DNA of 25,156 bases from Candidatus Hodarchaeota archaeon. GTDB lineage: Archaea; Asgardarchaeota; Heimdallarchaeia; Hodarchaeales; Hodarchaeaceae. Location of the stretch: positions 1 through 25,156 of the forward strand of contig JAEOTM010000162.1 in the NCBI GenBank assembly GCA_016839815.1, read 5' to 3'. The notes beneath the pieces were generated by a model, which worked only from the letters and a program-made list of their open reading frames with translations, was not told the DNA's origin and made no database searches. This document shows positions 16,930-25,156 of this stretch, piece after piece (position 1 is the first letter of the stretch; every line of letters starts with the position of its first letter). A program made the translations under genes and the position numbers.

Positions 16930-18708
16930 TTAACCTTCAAAGACTTTATCTAATTCTTCAGCAGATACTTCAAAAACGACGTTATGGGGAGGAAGAGGTT
17001 CTGTTTGGAAGAATTCGGGAAGTCGATCATCTACTTTAGTGAATCCAGCAAGTTTATTGAACTCTCTTTCTTTTTTCAAGACTTCCATTCCGTAAGCAAC
17101 TGCATCAATTGATGTATCTCCTAGGAATCCTTGGATGGATTGAACCATACCTTCGGAACCTGAAGGGATATCAAGAATTGCAAATGCTATGAAAAGACAA
17201 TAGCCTGTTGAATCAATAAAGGCGGTTGTAGCTTGGAAAGCTCTAGAAAGTTCAGCTTTATTAACATCCATCCGATCAGGAGTACCACCGACTTGAAGAA
17301 TCTCTGGAGCAATGGTGTAGCCTTGTGTGTGATCGCCTCCTTGAGGACCTGTCGCATAAGTAACTCCAATACCTCTGATTGGTCGTGGATCGTATGCTGG
17401 AAGTGATTGGCCTTTACAATGGGCGACATGAGTTACTCCGAACGCTTGTCCCAGTCCTAAAGCTCCAAGGCCAATTAAATTACCCATTGGGGAATCAGAA
17501 CCCACTTTCTTTAGAAAATCAACAGCAGCTGGTCCATCACCAAAGTTAAGCAAACCTGCTTCCATGGCAACACCTATCGTATTCCCAGCTTCAATGGTGT
17601 CAAGCCCTAGATCATTGCAGATTCGATTGAGTTCAGATACGTGGAAGTGACTATCAATCCCACAATTCGTACCTAACGCCCAAGCTGTTTCATATTCGAG
17701 AGGAGAAACTTGTAATTTCCCTGTATCTTCATAAGGAACAACATTAGAGCATTTCATAATACATCCAGGGTGACAGGCATGAGCATATTGGGCAGGACTA
17801 TCTGGGAATTTAGCTTTTACTTTATCGACCAGTTCATGTGTTGCTTCACCAGAAATCTTAGCTGCTCCATCAAATCGGCCTGATCTCCAATTTCGCGTAG
17901 GAAGAGCACCTGCTTCATTGATAATATTTTGGAGAACGTTTGTTCCGTAGTTTTTTAATCCTCCATATGGTTTACCATCTTTTTCTAGCACTCCAGTTAC
18001 AGCATGCTCATTAAGTGCGGACACTAATTTTTTTCGTCCTTCATCATATAGATCTCTATTTACAGGTTGTGGGCGTTCACCATCTGTGTCATCGGTTATG
18101 ATAGCAATAATACTCTTAGAGCCAATAACTGCTCCAAGACCACCACGTCCAGCGTATCTTCCAGGGTCATTATTTTCAACATTATTACCAAATACTCCAG
18201 CAGATCGCATTAATTTTTGGCCTGCAATTCCACATCCAATAATACCTGGTTTAGTTGAAAAATTTTCCCATACTTTTCCAATAAGATCATATAATCCCAT
18301 ACCAGCGAATTCATTCGCTTCTACGATCTCTGCTGAACCTTTTTTGATTACAATGTTAAACCATTTTTCTCTTGTTTTTGGTTGTCCTTCAAGGACAACA
18401 GCCTTTAATCCCAATTTCGCCAATTTCTGAGCTGTAAGTCCCCCTGCATTGGCTTCTTTAATTCCACCAGTCAAGGGAGATTTTCCACCGACACTTAATC
18501 GGCCCGAGCTAGGGGCATTTGTACCAGTTACTATCCCAGGAGCTATTACAACTTTATTAAGTGGGCCTAGGGGTTCACAGGTAGGAGGAACTTCATCAAA
18601 AACCATTGTCGATGTTAATGCTCGTCCACCAAGCATTTTATACTTTTCAGGAAATTCTTCATATTTTGTTGTCATATCTGACATATTTATTCTCAATATT
18701 TGAGCCAT
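16930..18708 (-). CDS. aor: Aldehyde:ferredoxin oxidoreductase (tungstopterin, AOR family)
   Basis: ILRINM, KSPLTGGIKEANAGG, AGRGGLGAVIGSK, 4Fe-4S C-x2-C-x3-C (CHPGCIMKC), EYET, GLDTI, YDPR, DSTGYCLF, DDRLP. ATG 18708 is preceded by AGGTGG. Confidence 0.96.
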   Translation of the reverse strand: MAQILRINMSDMTTKYEEFPEKYKMLGGRALTSTMVFDEVPPTCEPLGPLNKVVIAPGIVTGTNAPSSGRLSVGGKSPLTGGIKEANAGGLTAQKLAKLGLKAVVLEGQPKTREKWFNIVIKKGSAEIVEANEFAGMGLYDLIGKVWENFSTKPGIIGCGIAGQKLMRSAGVFGNNVENNDPGRYAGRGGLGAVIGSKSIIAIITDDTDGERPQPVNRDLYDEGRKKLVSALNEHAVTGVLEKDGKPYGGLKNYGTNVLQNIINEAGALPTRNWRSGRFDGAAKISGEATHELVDKVKAKFPDSPAQYAHACHPGCIMKCSNVVPYEDTGKLQVSPLEYETAWALGTNCGIDSHFHVSELNRICNDLGLDTIEAGNTIGVAMEAGLLNFGDGPAAVDFLKKVGSDSPMGNLIGLGALGLGQAFGVTHVAHCKGQSLPAYDPRPIRGIGVTYATGPQGGDHTQGYTIAPEILQVGGTPDRMDVNKAELSRAFQATTAFIDSTGYCLFIAFAILDIPSGSEGMVQSIQGFLGDTSIDAVAYGMEVLKKEREFNKLAGFTKVDDRLPEFFQTEPLPPHNVVFEVSAEELDKVFEG

Positions 18709-18815
18709 TCTTACCACCTATGTATCTATCTAAATAAAACAGAATTAATTTGAAATCTTCCATGATAGAACATTTCATTGTATTGGAAGTTGTTCAAGGT
18801 TAGAACTGACACAGA

Positions 18816-18829
18816 GTTTAAACCTTTCG
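18816..18829 (-). promoter_or_regulatory. Archaeal BRE-TATA promoter of aor (CGAAAGGTTTAAAC)
   Basis: Minus strand reads CGAAAG-G-TTTAAA, a good match to the BRE+TATA consensus, about 110 nt upstream of the aor ATG. Confidence 0.6.
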
Positions 18830-18955
18830 AACTTCGTAACAAAATAGGGCTGCATTATGAAGTCTATCTGGAAAGAAGTGGGAATAGAAATAGCTCTGAC
18901 CTTTTTTCATAATCAAATTGAGAGTTAACTTGTATATAATGAAATGAAGGATTCT

Positions 18956-19204
18956 TTAACCTCCACCAATAGGAGGAAATATAGCGACATCATCGTTTTC
19001 TTGAAGTGTTTCTTCAAGAGATTTAATAGTGATATGATTTCTCATTATGATCTTGGCTTCTTCAGGTAAAATCTTTAATTCTTTTATCAGTTGATTGAAG
19101 GTTGTATTTCGTTTTATACTTAAAGTAAAAGATTCACCAATAGCTAATCCTTCGGGACCTCTATCCCGAAGGGTGGCAAATAATTTCACCTGTATTTGGA
19201 TCAA
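18956..19204 (-). CDS. MoaD/ThiS/SAMP-family ubiquitin-like sulfur carrier (free C-terminal Gly-Gly)
   Basis: IQVKLFATLR...L-END-VAIFPPIGGG*; adjacent to aor. Confidence 0.9.
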   Translation of the reverse strand: MIQIQVKLFATLRDRGPEGLAIGESFTLSIKRNTTFNQLIKELKILPEEAKIIMRNHITIKSLEETLQENDDVAIFPPIGGG

Positions 19205-19546
19205 TTAATCACCAGGTGAAATATGAAAGTAATCATAATCCTTGGGAGCGGAGCGAGTAATGAACCCGTGTCCTTTCAGATGCTGTCCTCCACATAAAAG
19301 ATACATTCCTTCTGAAAAAATAGCTACACGCGATTTATCTTCAATTATAGGGTTTTCATGAAATTTGACAACTTTTCCATTAACAAAACAATCACCACAT
19401 TCCTCTTGGGATATTTCAAGTTCATCAAATACATCATTAAGTAGTAAACCATTCCTATGTTTTAATTTGATTATTGTATTCTCTCCCAGTGAAGCGTTTG
19501 GATCGAATTTCTTTTTCAATAATCCATAGATGTGGACATCTATCAT
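19205..19546 (-). CDS. MoaD-like beta-grasp protein with internal GG and 26-aa C-terminal extension
   Basis: IDVHIYGLLK...CFVNG...RVAIFSEGMYLLCGG|QHLKGHGFITRSAPKDYDYFHISPGD. Confidence 0.72.
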   Translation of the reverse strand: MIDVHIYGLLKKKFDPNASLGENTIIKLKHRNGLLLNDVFDELEISQEECGDCFVNGKVVKFHENPIIEDKSRVAIFSEGMYLLCGGQHLKGHGFITRSAPKDYDYFHISPGD

Positions 19547-19580
19547 AATCCTTCACATCGGTATTTTCTGATTTTTTTGA

Positions 19581-19880
19581 TTAATCCTTCCATTTCTTGA
19601 TGTAGAGACCACCATCAATTAACATCATTCCATGAGAAAAGATAGCCACTCGCGCATTTTCAGGAATGAAATCAGAAATGTCTTGTACAATTGTATGATT
19701 AATAAAACATTCCCCGAGATCCGAATTTGATAATTTTAACCTTTTAAAAAGTTGTTCTACTGTTTCATTCAAAATAAAAGGTAAATTAACGACTGTATCC
19801 TCTGACAATTTTGCTGTTGGGTTAAATTGATATTTCAATGGCCCGAATATGTAGATTTGCACCATTTCATCCATCTTCAT
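19581..19880 (-). CDS. MoaD-like beta-grasp protein with internal GG and 8-aa extension (paralog of 19205..19546)
   Basis: VQIYIFGPLK...ETV--L---L...CFIN...RVAIFSHGMMLIDGG|LYIKKWKD. Confidence 0.72.
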   Translation of the reverse strand: MKMDEMVQIYIFGPLKYQFNPTAKLSEDTVVNLPFILNETVEQLFKRLKLSNSDLGECFINHTIVQDISDFIPENARVAIFSHGMMLIDGGLYIKKWKD

Positions 19881-20131
19881 CTGATTCCTTCTTTATATCA
19901 GGAGTTCCCTGTTTAAATATTAACATTAATTCGCATTCTCGAACTACTCTCTCTTTTTATTTACATACGTGGTATGTCCAAATTAATGAACGGATCGTCA
20001 GTTCACTTACTTCAATGAAAAATCTAGTAACAATTCTGATTTACTAAAAAGGTAGAAGAAAAGCCATAATTAAGCACTACTTTCTCAACTTATACTCCAA
20101 GTGTTCTACATTGAAGTGGATGGGGCTTTGA

Positions 20132-21229
20132 ATGATCCTTACACCTGATATAATCATCACATTAACGATTGCTATTCTGTGTGTCTCTGCTGAAATAATT
20201 ATTGCAATAAGTTTGTCACGTCGTTGGATTAAATATAATGCAAAAACCCTTACTCTTTTCTTAATGGCATTAATTGCATTACTGTTTGCAGATGGGACAG
20301 GTTTGATTGGAATGTTTATTACAGATGAATCATTATTAATTCCTCTAACTAAGTTTTCGATAATGGCGTCTATGGTATCTGTCTGTTTTTTGCTTTATTT
20401 CTTTGAGGCATTTGAATATGACACCATATTCACTTGGAAACAAATGGTACATACATTGTTTCTCGGTGGAACTATGGTTGCTATCTTATTGGGAGAGTTT
20501 GGAAGTACCTATCTCCCAGAACTAGAGCTTTTAACTATCAATTTAGATCCCCTGACGGACTTTCTCACACTTTTCTTACCTGCAATGGGAAGCTTGTTGA
20601 TAATTCTAAGTTTATGGAAGGGATATAACGACGCTTGGGCTGTTCAGAAGAAACAATTGAAGTATATGATTATAGGGATCATCATCGCCTACATGGTTCC
20701 CTTTATTCTCAGACCTGTTGCACTATCCTTATCTTCAATGGTATTTTCGATTTTCTTACGTGCAGATGTAGCTATTGGTTTTATCTTGTATTATATCTCA
20801 TTTGGAAGTCGAGAAAACTTTGCTGTGTTTAATCGTCATCAAGCTGATCGCATTTTAGTCGTTCATGAAACAGGTATTCCACTGTTTTCATATGATTTCA
20901 AAGCTGATGATGAGTCTCTTGACGAAGCTCTATTTGCTGGAGGGATCGTTGCGATAACTTCTTTAATGCAGGAAGCTACTCAATCAACGTCTGATATCTC
21001 TGAGGTTAAACTAGAGGGAAATCAACTAATTTTAGAACGGAAAAACCAAGTTATTGCATTAATTCTGTCACCTCAAACGACTTTTTACCTACGAGGAGCG
21101 CTAAAGCGTTTTACTACTGGTTTTATCAGAGAATTTTCTCAAGCTCTCGCATCGATGGCCTATGTCGAAACGGATACTTTTGCAAAAGGTGGAAAACGGT
21201 TAGTGTATGAAAGTTTTGGTGTAAAATAG
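20132..21229 (+). CDS. 7-TM membrane protein fused to a C-terminal longin-like domain
   Basis: Seven hydrophobic segments in residues ~5-223 with a HisKA_7TM-like QKKQLKYMIIG loop. From ~residue 238: RILVVHETGIPLFSYDF...DEALFAGGIVAITSLMQE...EVKLEGNQLILER...VIALIL...ALKRF---F--EF. Confidence 0.8.
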   Translation: MILTPDIIITLTIAILCVSAEIIIAISLSRRWIKYNAKTLTLFLMALIALLFADGTGLIGMFITDESLLIPLTKFSIMASMVSVCFLLYFFEAFEYDTIFTWKQMVHTLFLGGTMVAILLGEFGSTYLPELELLTINLDPLTDFLTLFLPAMGSLLIILSLWKGYNDAWAVQKKQLKYMIIGIIIAYMVPFILRPVALSLSSMVFSIFLRADVAIGFILYYISFGSRENFAVFNRHQADRILVVHETGIPLFSYDFKADDESLDEALFAGGIVAITSLMQEATQSTSDISEVKLEGNQLILERKNQVIALILSPQTTFYLRGALKRFTTGFIREFSQALASMAYVETDTFAKGGKRLVYESFGVK

Positions 21230-21255
21230 TTTAAGATAATTTCTTTTTAAAAAAG

Positions 21256-22038
21256 GTGGTGAGTAGGTTAGTCTTACCAGGAATAACACGTGAACAGATG
21301 ATTAAAGTAGATGAGCTGATGGAACAGCGGGGGGTTTCTCTACTTTTAATGATGGAAAATGCAGGAGTAAATCTAGCAAGACTATCATATTTAATGAACA
21401 ACGAATCAAGTTCTTATGTTGTAATTGTAGGATCTGGTGGAAATGGAGGAGGTGGATTGGTTGCAGCGAGAAGATTGGCTGCATGGGGGTGTAAAGTTGA
21501 GATATTTCTTCCCAAGGGAAAAAAAAATCTCAAAGTCGTTTTTAAAGATCAATTGAAGAGAGCAGAAAGGATGGGTGTTACCGTAGCCGATGGAATTCCG
21601 ACAAGTATACCAGAAAACTCTTTGATTCTTGATTGTTTTCTTGGCTATAGTTTTCAAAATCGTAAAGACAATCTTACGAAAGATGTGTTTTCATTTTTCC
21701 GAAAAAATCAATCTGTAATCTCATTGGACTGTCCATCAGGAATAGATATAACAACAGGTGAAAATTTCAGTCAATTTCATCCATTAGCGACACTTACGAT
21801 AGCTTTTGTCAAAACTGGATTACTTCACTTACCATCAGAGTATTTAGGGGATTTTTACGTTACTGATATCGGAGTTCCTATAGATGTATATCGTAGTGAA
21901 ATTGGAATTAATTGGAACTCACCATTTCACGAAAATAATCTGATAAAACTGTCTAAGGCTTTTGTACAAGACCCTATTCAAAATGTTCGAGTATGGAAGG
22001 ATTCAGAAACTGATACTTATGGATGGGTTATCATTTAA
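21256..22038 (+). CDS. nnrE: NAD(P)H-hydrate epimerase (stand-alone YjeF_N)
   Basis: M--VD...LMMENAG, GSGGNGGGGLVAAR-L, D---G, SLDCPSG, T-T----K-GL, DIGVP. Confidence 0.88.
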   Translation: MVSRLVLPGITREQMIKVDELMEQRGVSLLLMMENAGVNLARLSYLMNNESSSYVVIVGSGGNGGGGLVAARRLAAWGCKVEIFLPKGKKNLKVVFKDQLKRAERMGVTVADGIPTSIPENSLILDCFLGYSFQNRKDNLTKDVFSFFRKNQSVISLDCPSGIDITTGENFSQFHPLATLTIAFVKTGLLHLPSEYLGDFYVTDIGVPIDVYRSEIGINWNSPFHENNLIKLSKAFVQDPIQNVRVWKDSETDTYGWVII

Positions 22039-22084
22039 TCTATTTAAAGGTCTTTTTCGCTTTGACGGACAATTGTGATCATAA

Positions 22085-22636
22085 TCAAGATTTTATTATA
22101 CCCTGTCTCTTCAACACTTCTTTCGTTACGATAGAGAATGCTTCATGAATATTCTGATTGAGGTATGCAGATGTTTCCAGGTACTTCACTGGTTGAAAAT
22201 CTGGAATAACTGTATCTTCCAAGATGGAATAATCAATTTGAATCATATCCTCGATATCCGCCTTATTCCCGATCAGAACTATAGGAATTTTATTTTTTCC
22301 TAATCTTTCATCAATCTGGTCTTTCCATTCGTATAATTCTTCCAGAGATTCAGGACGGGTTAAATCAAATACAAGTAATGCCCCATTCGCTTTTCGGAAG
22401 AAAATTTCTCTTAATGTTTGGAATCGCTTCTGACCCGCGACATCAAACAAGATTAAATTAACTAAAAATCCATTTACTTGTAATTTACGATTTGAAGGTT
22501 CCATCCCAACCGTAAGTAGATAATTAAAATCGAATTTATTTTCAACGAATCGACGGACGATACTAGTTTTACCTACAGCTCCAGTACCGCAGACAATGAG
22601 TTTCATATGATATTTTGCTTTCTCCGTGTAGTCCAT
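22085..22636 (-). CDS. Rab-like small GTPase (Ras superfamily)
   Basis: G1 GTGAVGKTS, G2 YLLTVG, G3 FDVAGQKRF, GALLVFDLT, G4 NKAD, G5 ETSA; no C-terminal Cys. Confidence 0.95.
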   Translation of the reverse strand: MDYTEKAKYHMKLIVCGTGAVGKTSIVRRFVENKFDFNYLLTVGMEPSNRKLQVNGFLVNLILFDVAGQKRFQTLREIFFRKANGALLVFDLTRPESLEELYEWKDQIDERLGKNKIPIVLIGNKADIEDMIQIDYSILEDTVIPDFQPVKYLETSAYLNQNIHEAFSIVTKEVLKRQGIIKS

Positions 22637-22784
22637 GAAAATTCACGCTCTAGTATTTCTTGTCACCAAAAGGGGATAAAACATATTAGATGTAATATAT
22701 TTAATTATAATGGTCGAATTAAATAAAAGGTTAATCATATAAAATCTCTTGAGATTTTTTCTAATTATTCATACGGATTGAGGA

Positions 22785-24761
22785 ATGATGTTGGTTAAAG
22801 AAAAAGTTGCACGAATTCCATGGAAAGAGTATCTCGCTAAACAGATGATTAAGATTATTGGAGTACTATTCATAACATTGTTATTGATAATTGTTATGGT
22901 AGTTTCTGCAGATATTGATCTTTCAACTGTTACATATGAGAGTACAGAATATATTGTTGCCATTATTGTATCAACTTTGTGTTTTTTTCTGGTTTTATTC
23001 GGATTTACAAAGATAGTCCTGTTTGACATGGCGAATGAGTTTGGATTAAGAGATGAAGATGGGAAGATGGTTTATAATGTCCGTTTTTGGCTATTTACAA
23101 TGCTAGCATTATCATTTTGCTCATCAATTTACCTTCTCTTGGATGTTTTCTTACAGGAAACATATTTGCAGTTACTACCAGTTATATTCATGCGTACTAT
23201 TCTTGATTATTACGAACTCGATATCGAGGGACTTTCAGAATTAGAAGGACGAAAATTCTATGAAACTGCACGGAATCTCTATTTTGGTACATTCTTCGTT
23301 CTTATCATTGCTTTTTCGATCTTAGTCTTCCTCGTAATTTTAACAACCTTTGCGAGACGTAGAATTGTTAAGAAATTCAAAAAGGATGAAGAAATTGAGG
23401 AAAAAGAAGAAGCAGAAGGAATTAGGACTGTTTATAAACTGTTCATATGGATAATCATTCCATTTTTCTTGTTTTTCGTCATTCAAGTTCAAGGTACTTC
23501 AATTGGACCTTTGGTTAACATCATATATCTTCTAGCTGCAATTTGGTGGGTATACCAAGTTTTAAAAACGGTTTTTCTTATTGTTTGGAGAGGAGTGAAA
23601 ATAACTGCATTTATTACTAGCATTAATTTACTTGTAATCATTCCCCTGATAGCTACATTATGGCTCCTCCCGACATTGTTATGGGGAGGTTGGGATACGC
23701 TTCAGTACTTTACAGGTGAAACATTTGATTTTGCAGAGGCTGTTAATGTTTTTGTAGAATCATTTGTTACAAGAATCGTTGATTTTGAACCTCTGATCCA
23801 GTTGGATTTCATTATTATTACTATAGCTGCTACCTTAGTCGTAGGATTTGCAGAAGGATTTGCTTTTATTGCGATTTTTACTGCTTTGTCAAAAGGGATT
23901 GAAGTTGCTCGTTCTGGTGAGATGCTGGCCCGCTCACCCCCCAAAGTTATGGTATTCTCAAAATATCTATTAATGCTTGGAGTATGGGTTTCATTATTGT
24001 GGGATAGTTTTGGGGATATTATTGAAATGTTAAAGAATGAGTTGAGTTTTGACATCGATTTAACAGTACCTAATTTTCTATATCTTCTACATACTGAGAT
24101 AGTAATTCCCATCTCGGATTATCTGGCCAAAATATGGCCAACATTGGAATATCTCCCCTTCCTGATCCTTCCAATTATCTTCATATTTTCTGGTGCATTT
24201 AAATTCTTATCAGTAACTTTGGTAACACCAAAAGTTAAGGATAGAGGTGATATCTTTTTCCTGTTAGTATCAACCTCGTTTGTTTTGATAATTACAAATA
24301 TTCTCGGGGATATTTACGAGCTAGCTATCCCTGATGCACCTCTAAGATCTCTTTCGGGTTTAACAACAATTCTTTCGTCTGCAGTAGGAACTTTTGAGAA
24401 TGTAGAATCGATTGCGTTTTATGGTGGATTTTTCTTTGGAATTATGTATGTAATTTCAAAAGCATTCACAGGTATTGGTACTCCAACTGTTACTTCTACT
24501 CCAACTGATGATTTAGACCTCCCAGCTCTTGATAGTACACCAAAGGAACCAAAACCTTCCACCCCAGCTCCTGAGAGTGTACCAGAGGAACCAGAACCTT
24601 CTACTCCAGCTCCTGAGAGTGTACCAGAGGAACCAGAACCTTCTGCTCCAGCTCCTGAGAGTGTACCAGAGGAATCAAAACCTTCCAGTGCTGAACGCAT
24701 AATTGATCTCAAAGAAGATACTGAAGAGGAGAGTCAAGAAGAACAGGAAGATCAAAATTGA
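22785..24761 (+). CDS. Hypothetical polytopic membrane protein (~12 TM) with Pro/Glu-rich disordered C-terminal tail
   Basis: 658-aa ORF with many hydrophobic segments, an acidic loop (KKDEEIEEKEE) and a low-complexity acidic tail. Confidence 0.8.
   Translation: MMLVKEKVARIPWKEYLAKQMIKIIGVLFITLLLIIVMVVSADIDLSTVTYESTEYIVAIIVSTLCFFLVLFGFTKIVLFDMANEFGLRDEDGKMVYNVRFWLFTMLALSFCSSIYLLLDVFLQETYLQLLPVIFMRTILDYYELDIEGLSELEGRKFYETARNLYFGTFFVLIIAFSILVFLVILTTFARRRIVKKFKKDEEIEEKEEAEGIRTVYKLFIWIIIPFFLFFVIQVQGTSIGPLVNIIYLLAAIWWVYQVLKTVFLIVWRGVKITAFITSINLLVIIPLIATLWLLPTLLWGGWDTLQYFTGETFDFAEAVNVFVESFVTRIVDFEPLIQLDFIIITIAATLVVGFAEGFAFIAIFTALSKGIEVARSGEMLARSPPKVMVFSKYLLMLGVWVSLLWDSFGDIIEMLKNELSFDIDLTVPNFLYLLHTEIVIPISDYLAKIWPTLEYLPFLILPIIFIFSGAFKFLSVTLVTPKVKDRGDIFFLLVSTSFVLIITNILGDIYELAIPDAPLRSLSGLTTILSSAVGTFENVESIAFYGGFFFGIMYVISKAFTGIGTPTVTSTPTDDLDLPALDSTPKEPKPSTPAPESVPEEPEPSTPAPESVPEEPEPSAPAPESVPEESKPSSAERIIDLKEDTEEESQEEQEDQN
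24549..24686 (+). repeat. 42-bp coding tandem repeat, ~3.3 copies (P[K/E]PS[T/A]PAPESVPEE)
   Basis: Units at 24549..24590, 24591..24632 and 24633..24674 plus a partial unit; near-identical at nucleotide level. Confidence 0.95.
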
Positions 24762-24819
24762 CAGTGCATTGATCTTTTTAATATAGGCCTCAGATGCGTA
24801 ATATGCTGAGTAGACTATT

Positions 24820-25156
24820 ATGCGGTTACTAATAGGAATTACAGGACATATGGGGTCAGGGAAGAGTTTTGCAGCTGATTATCTAACTACAAAATATCAA
24901 TGTAAGAAAATACGTCTATCTGGAAAGATGCGTGACATAGCTCATGAGTTACAGATAAAACCAGATAGGGATTTTCTTCAAGGCATAGGTAAATTCATGC
25001 GTGAATTTGATGACGATGTGTGGGTGCGTTATGTAGCAAATAAAGTCCAATCAAGTGAATCTCCTATTGTAATTGATGATATTCGGAGACAAAATGAGAT
25101 AGATTATCTACAACCGCTTGGATTCAAATTTATACGGATTGATACTAGCTCTGATA
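24820..25156 (+). CDS. P-loop nucleoside/deoxynucleoside monophosphate kinase-like (dephospho-CoA kinase-like) protein, 3'-truncated
   Basis: Not in the ORF track. Hand translation: MRLLIGITGHMGSGKSFAADYL...RDFLQGIGKFMR...DVWV...IVIDDIRRQNEI; open to the window end. Confidence 0.85.
   Translation, partial: MRLLIGITGHMGSGKSFAADYLTTKYQCKKIRLSGKMRDIAHELQIKPDRDFLQGIGKFMREFDDDVWVRYVANKVQSSESPIVIDDIRRQNEIDYLQPLGFKFIRIDTSSD

Noticed and set aside
19838-20047. 69-aa + strand ORF in the divergent gap
   Set aside because: It overlaps the Ubl gene start and the probable promoter region and has no recognisable features.
24549-24686. Repeats as a possible CRISPR array
   Set aside because: Units are head-to-tail with no unique spacers, are a multiple of 3 and lie in frame within a CDS; no cas genes are present.
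207-24712. Short alternative-frame or antisense ORFs in the track (e.g. 207..470, 3751..4044, 6330..6539, 7733..7951, 8398..8868, 9023..9316, 10523..10714, 12127..12378, 13686..13973, 15104..15394, 17187..17429, 18086..18703, 20434..20832, 21302..21657, 22769..23029, 23702..24112)
   Set aside because: They overlap longer ORFs with better family or composition support and show no motifs; treated as shadow ORFs.
24419-24712. Gly/Ser-rich repetitive 97-aa antisense ORF
   Set aside because: It is simply the reverse complement of the Pro/Glu coding repeat.

Overview
A gene-dense, AT-rich archaeal window with no rRNA, tRNA, CRISPR array or mobile element that I can recognise. Gene content strongly suggests an Asgard archaeon, possibly Heimdallarchaeia (lineage is inference). 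Ordinary metabolic genes are a DNPH1/Rcl-type N-hydrolase, an M3-like metallopeptidase, a GH57 amylase/glucanotransferase, an EamA transporter, a tungsten-type aldehyde:ferredoxin oxidoreductase with MoaD/ThiS-like genes, NnrE and an NMP-kinase-like ORF. These are interleaved with a dense set of eukaryote-like small-GTPase components: two Rab-like GTPases, a full-length DENN-like protein, a longin+roadblock fusion directly behind one GTPase, a 7-TM protein fused to a longin domain, a stand-alone 7-TM protein and a possible divergent longin protein. Other notable items are three tandem ubiquitin-fold genes (two with the Gly-Gly masked by a C-terminal tail), a wHTH / double-wHTH / vWA operon, a large predicted surface glycoprotein and an unannotated 38-aa membrane micro-ORF. 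All domain calls were made by eye from motifs; no database searches were run.
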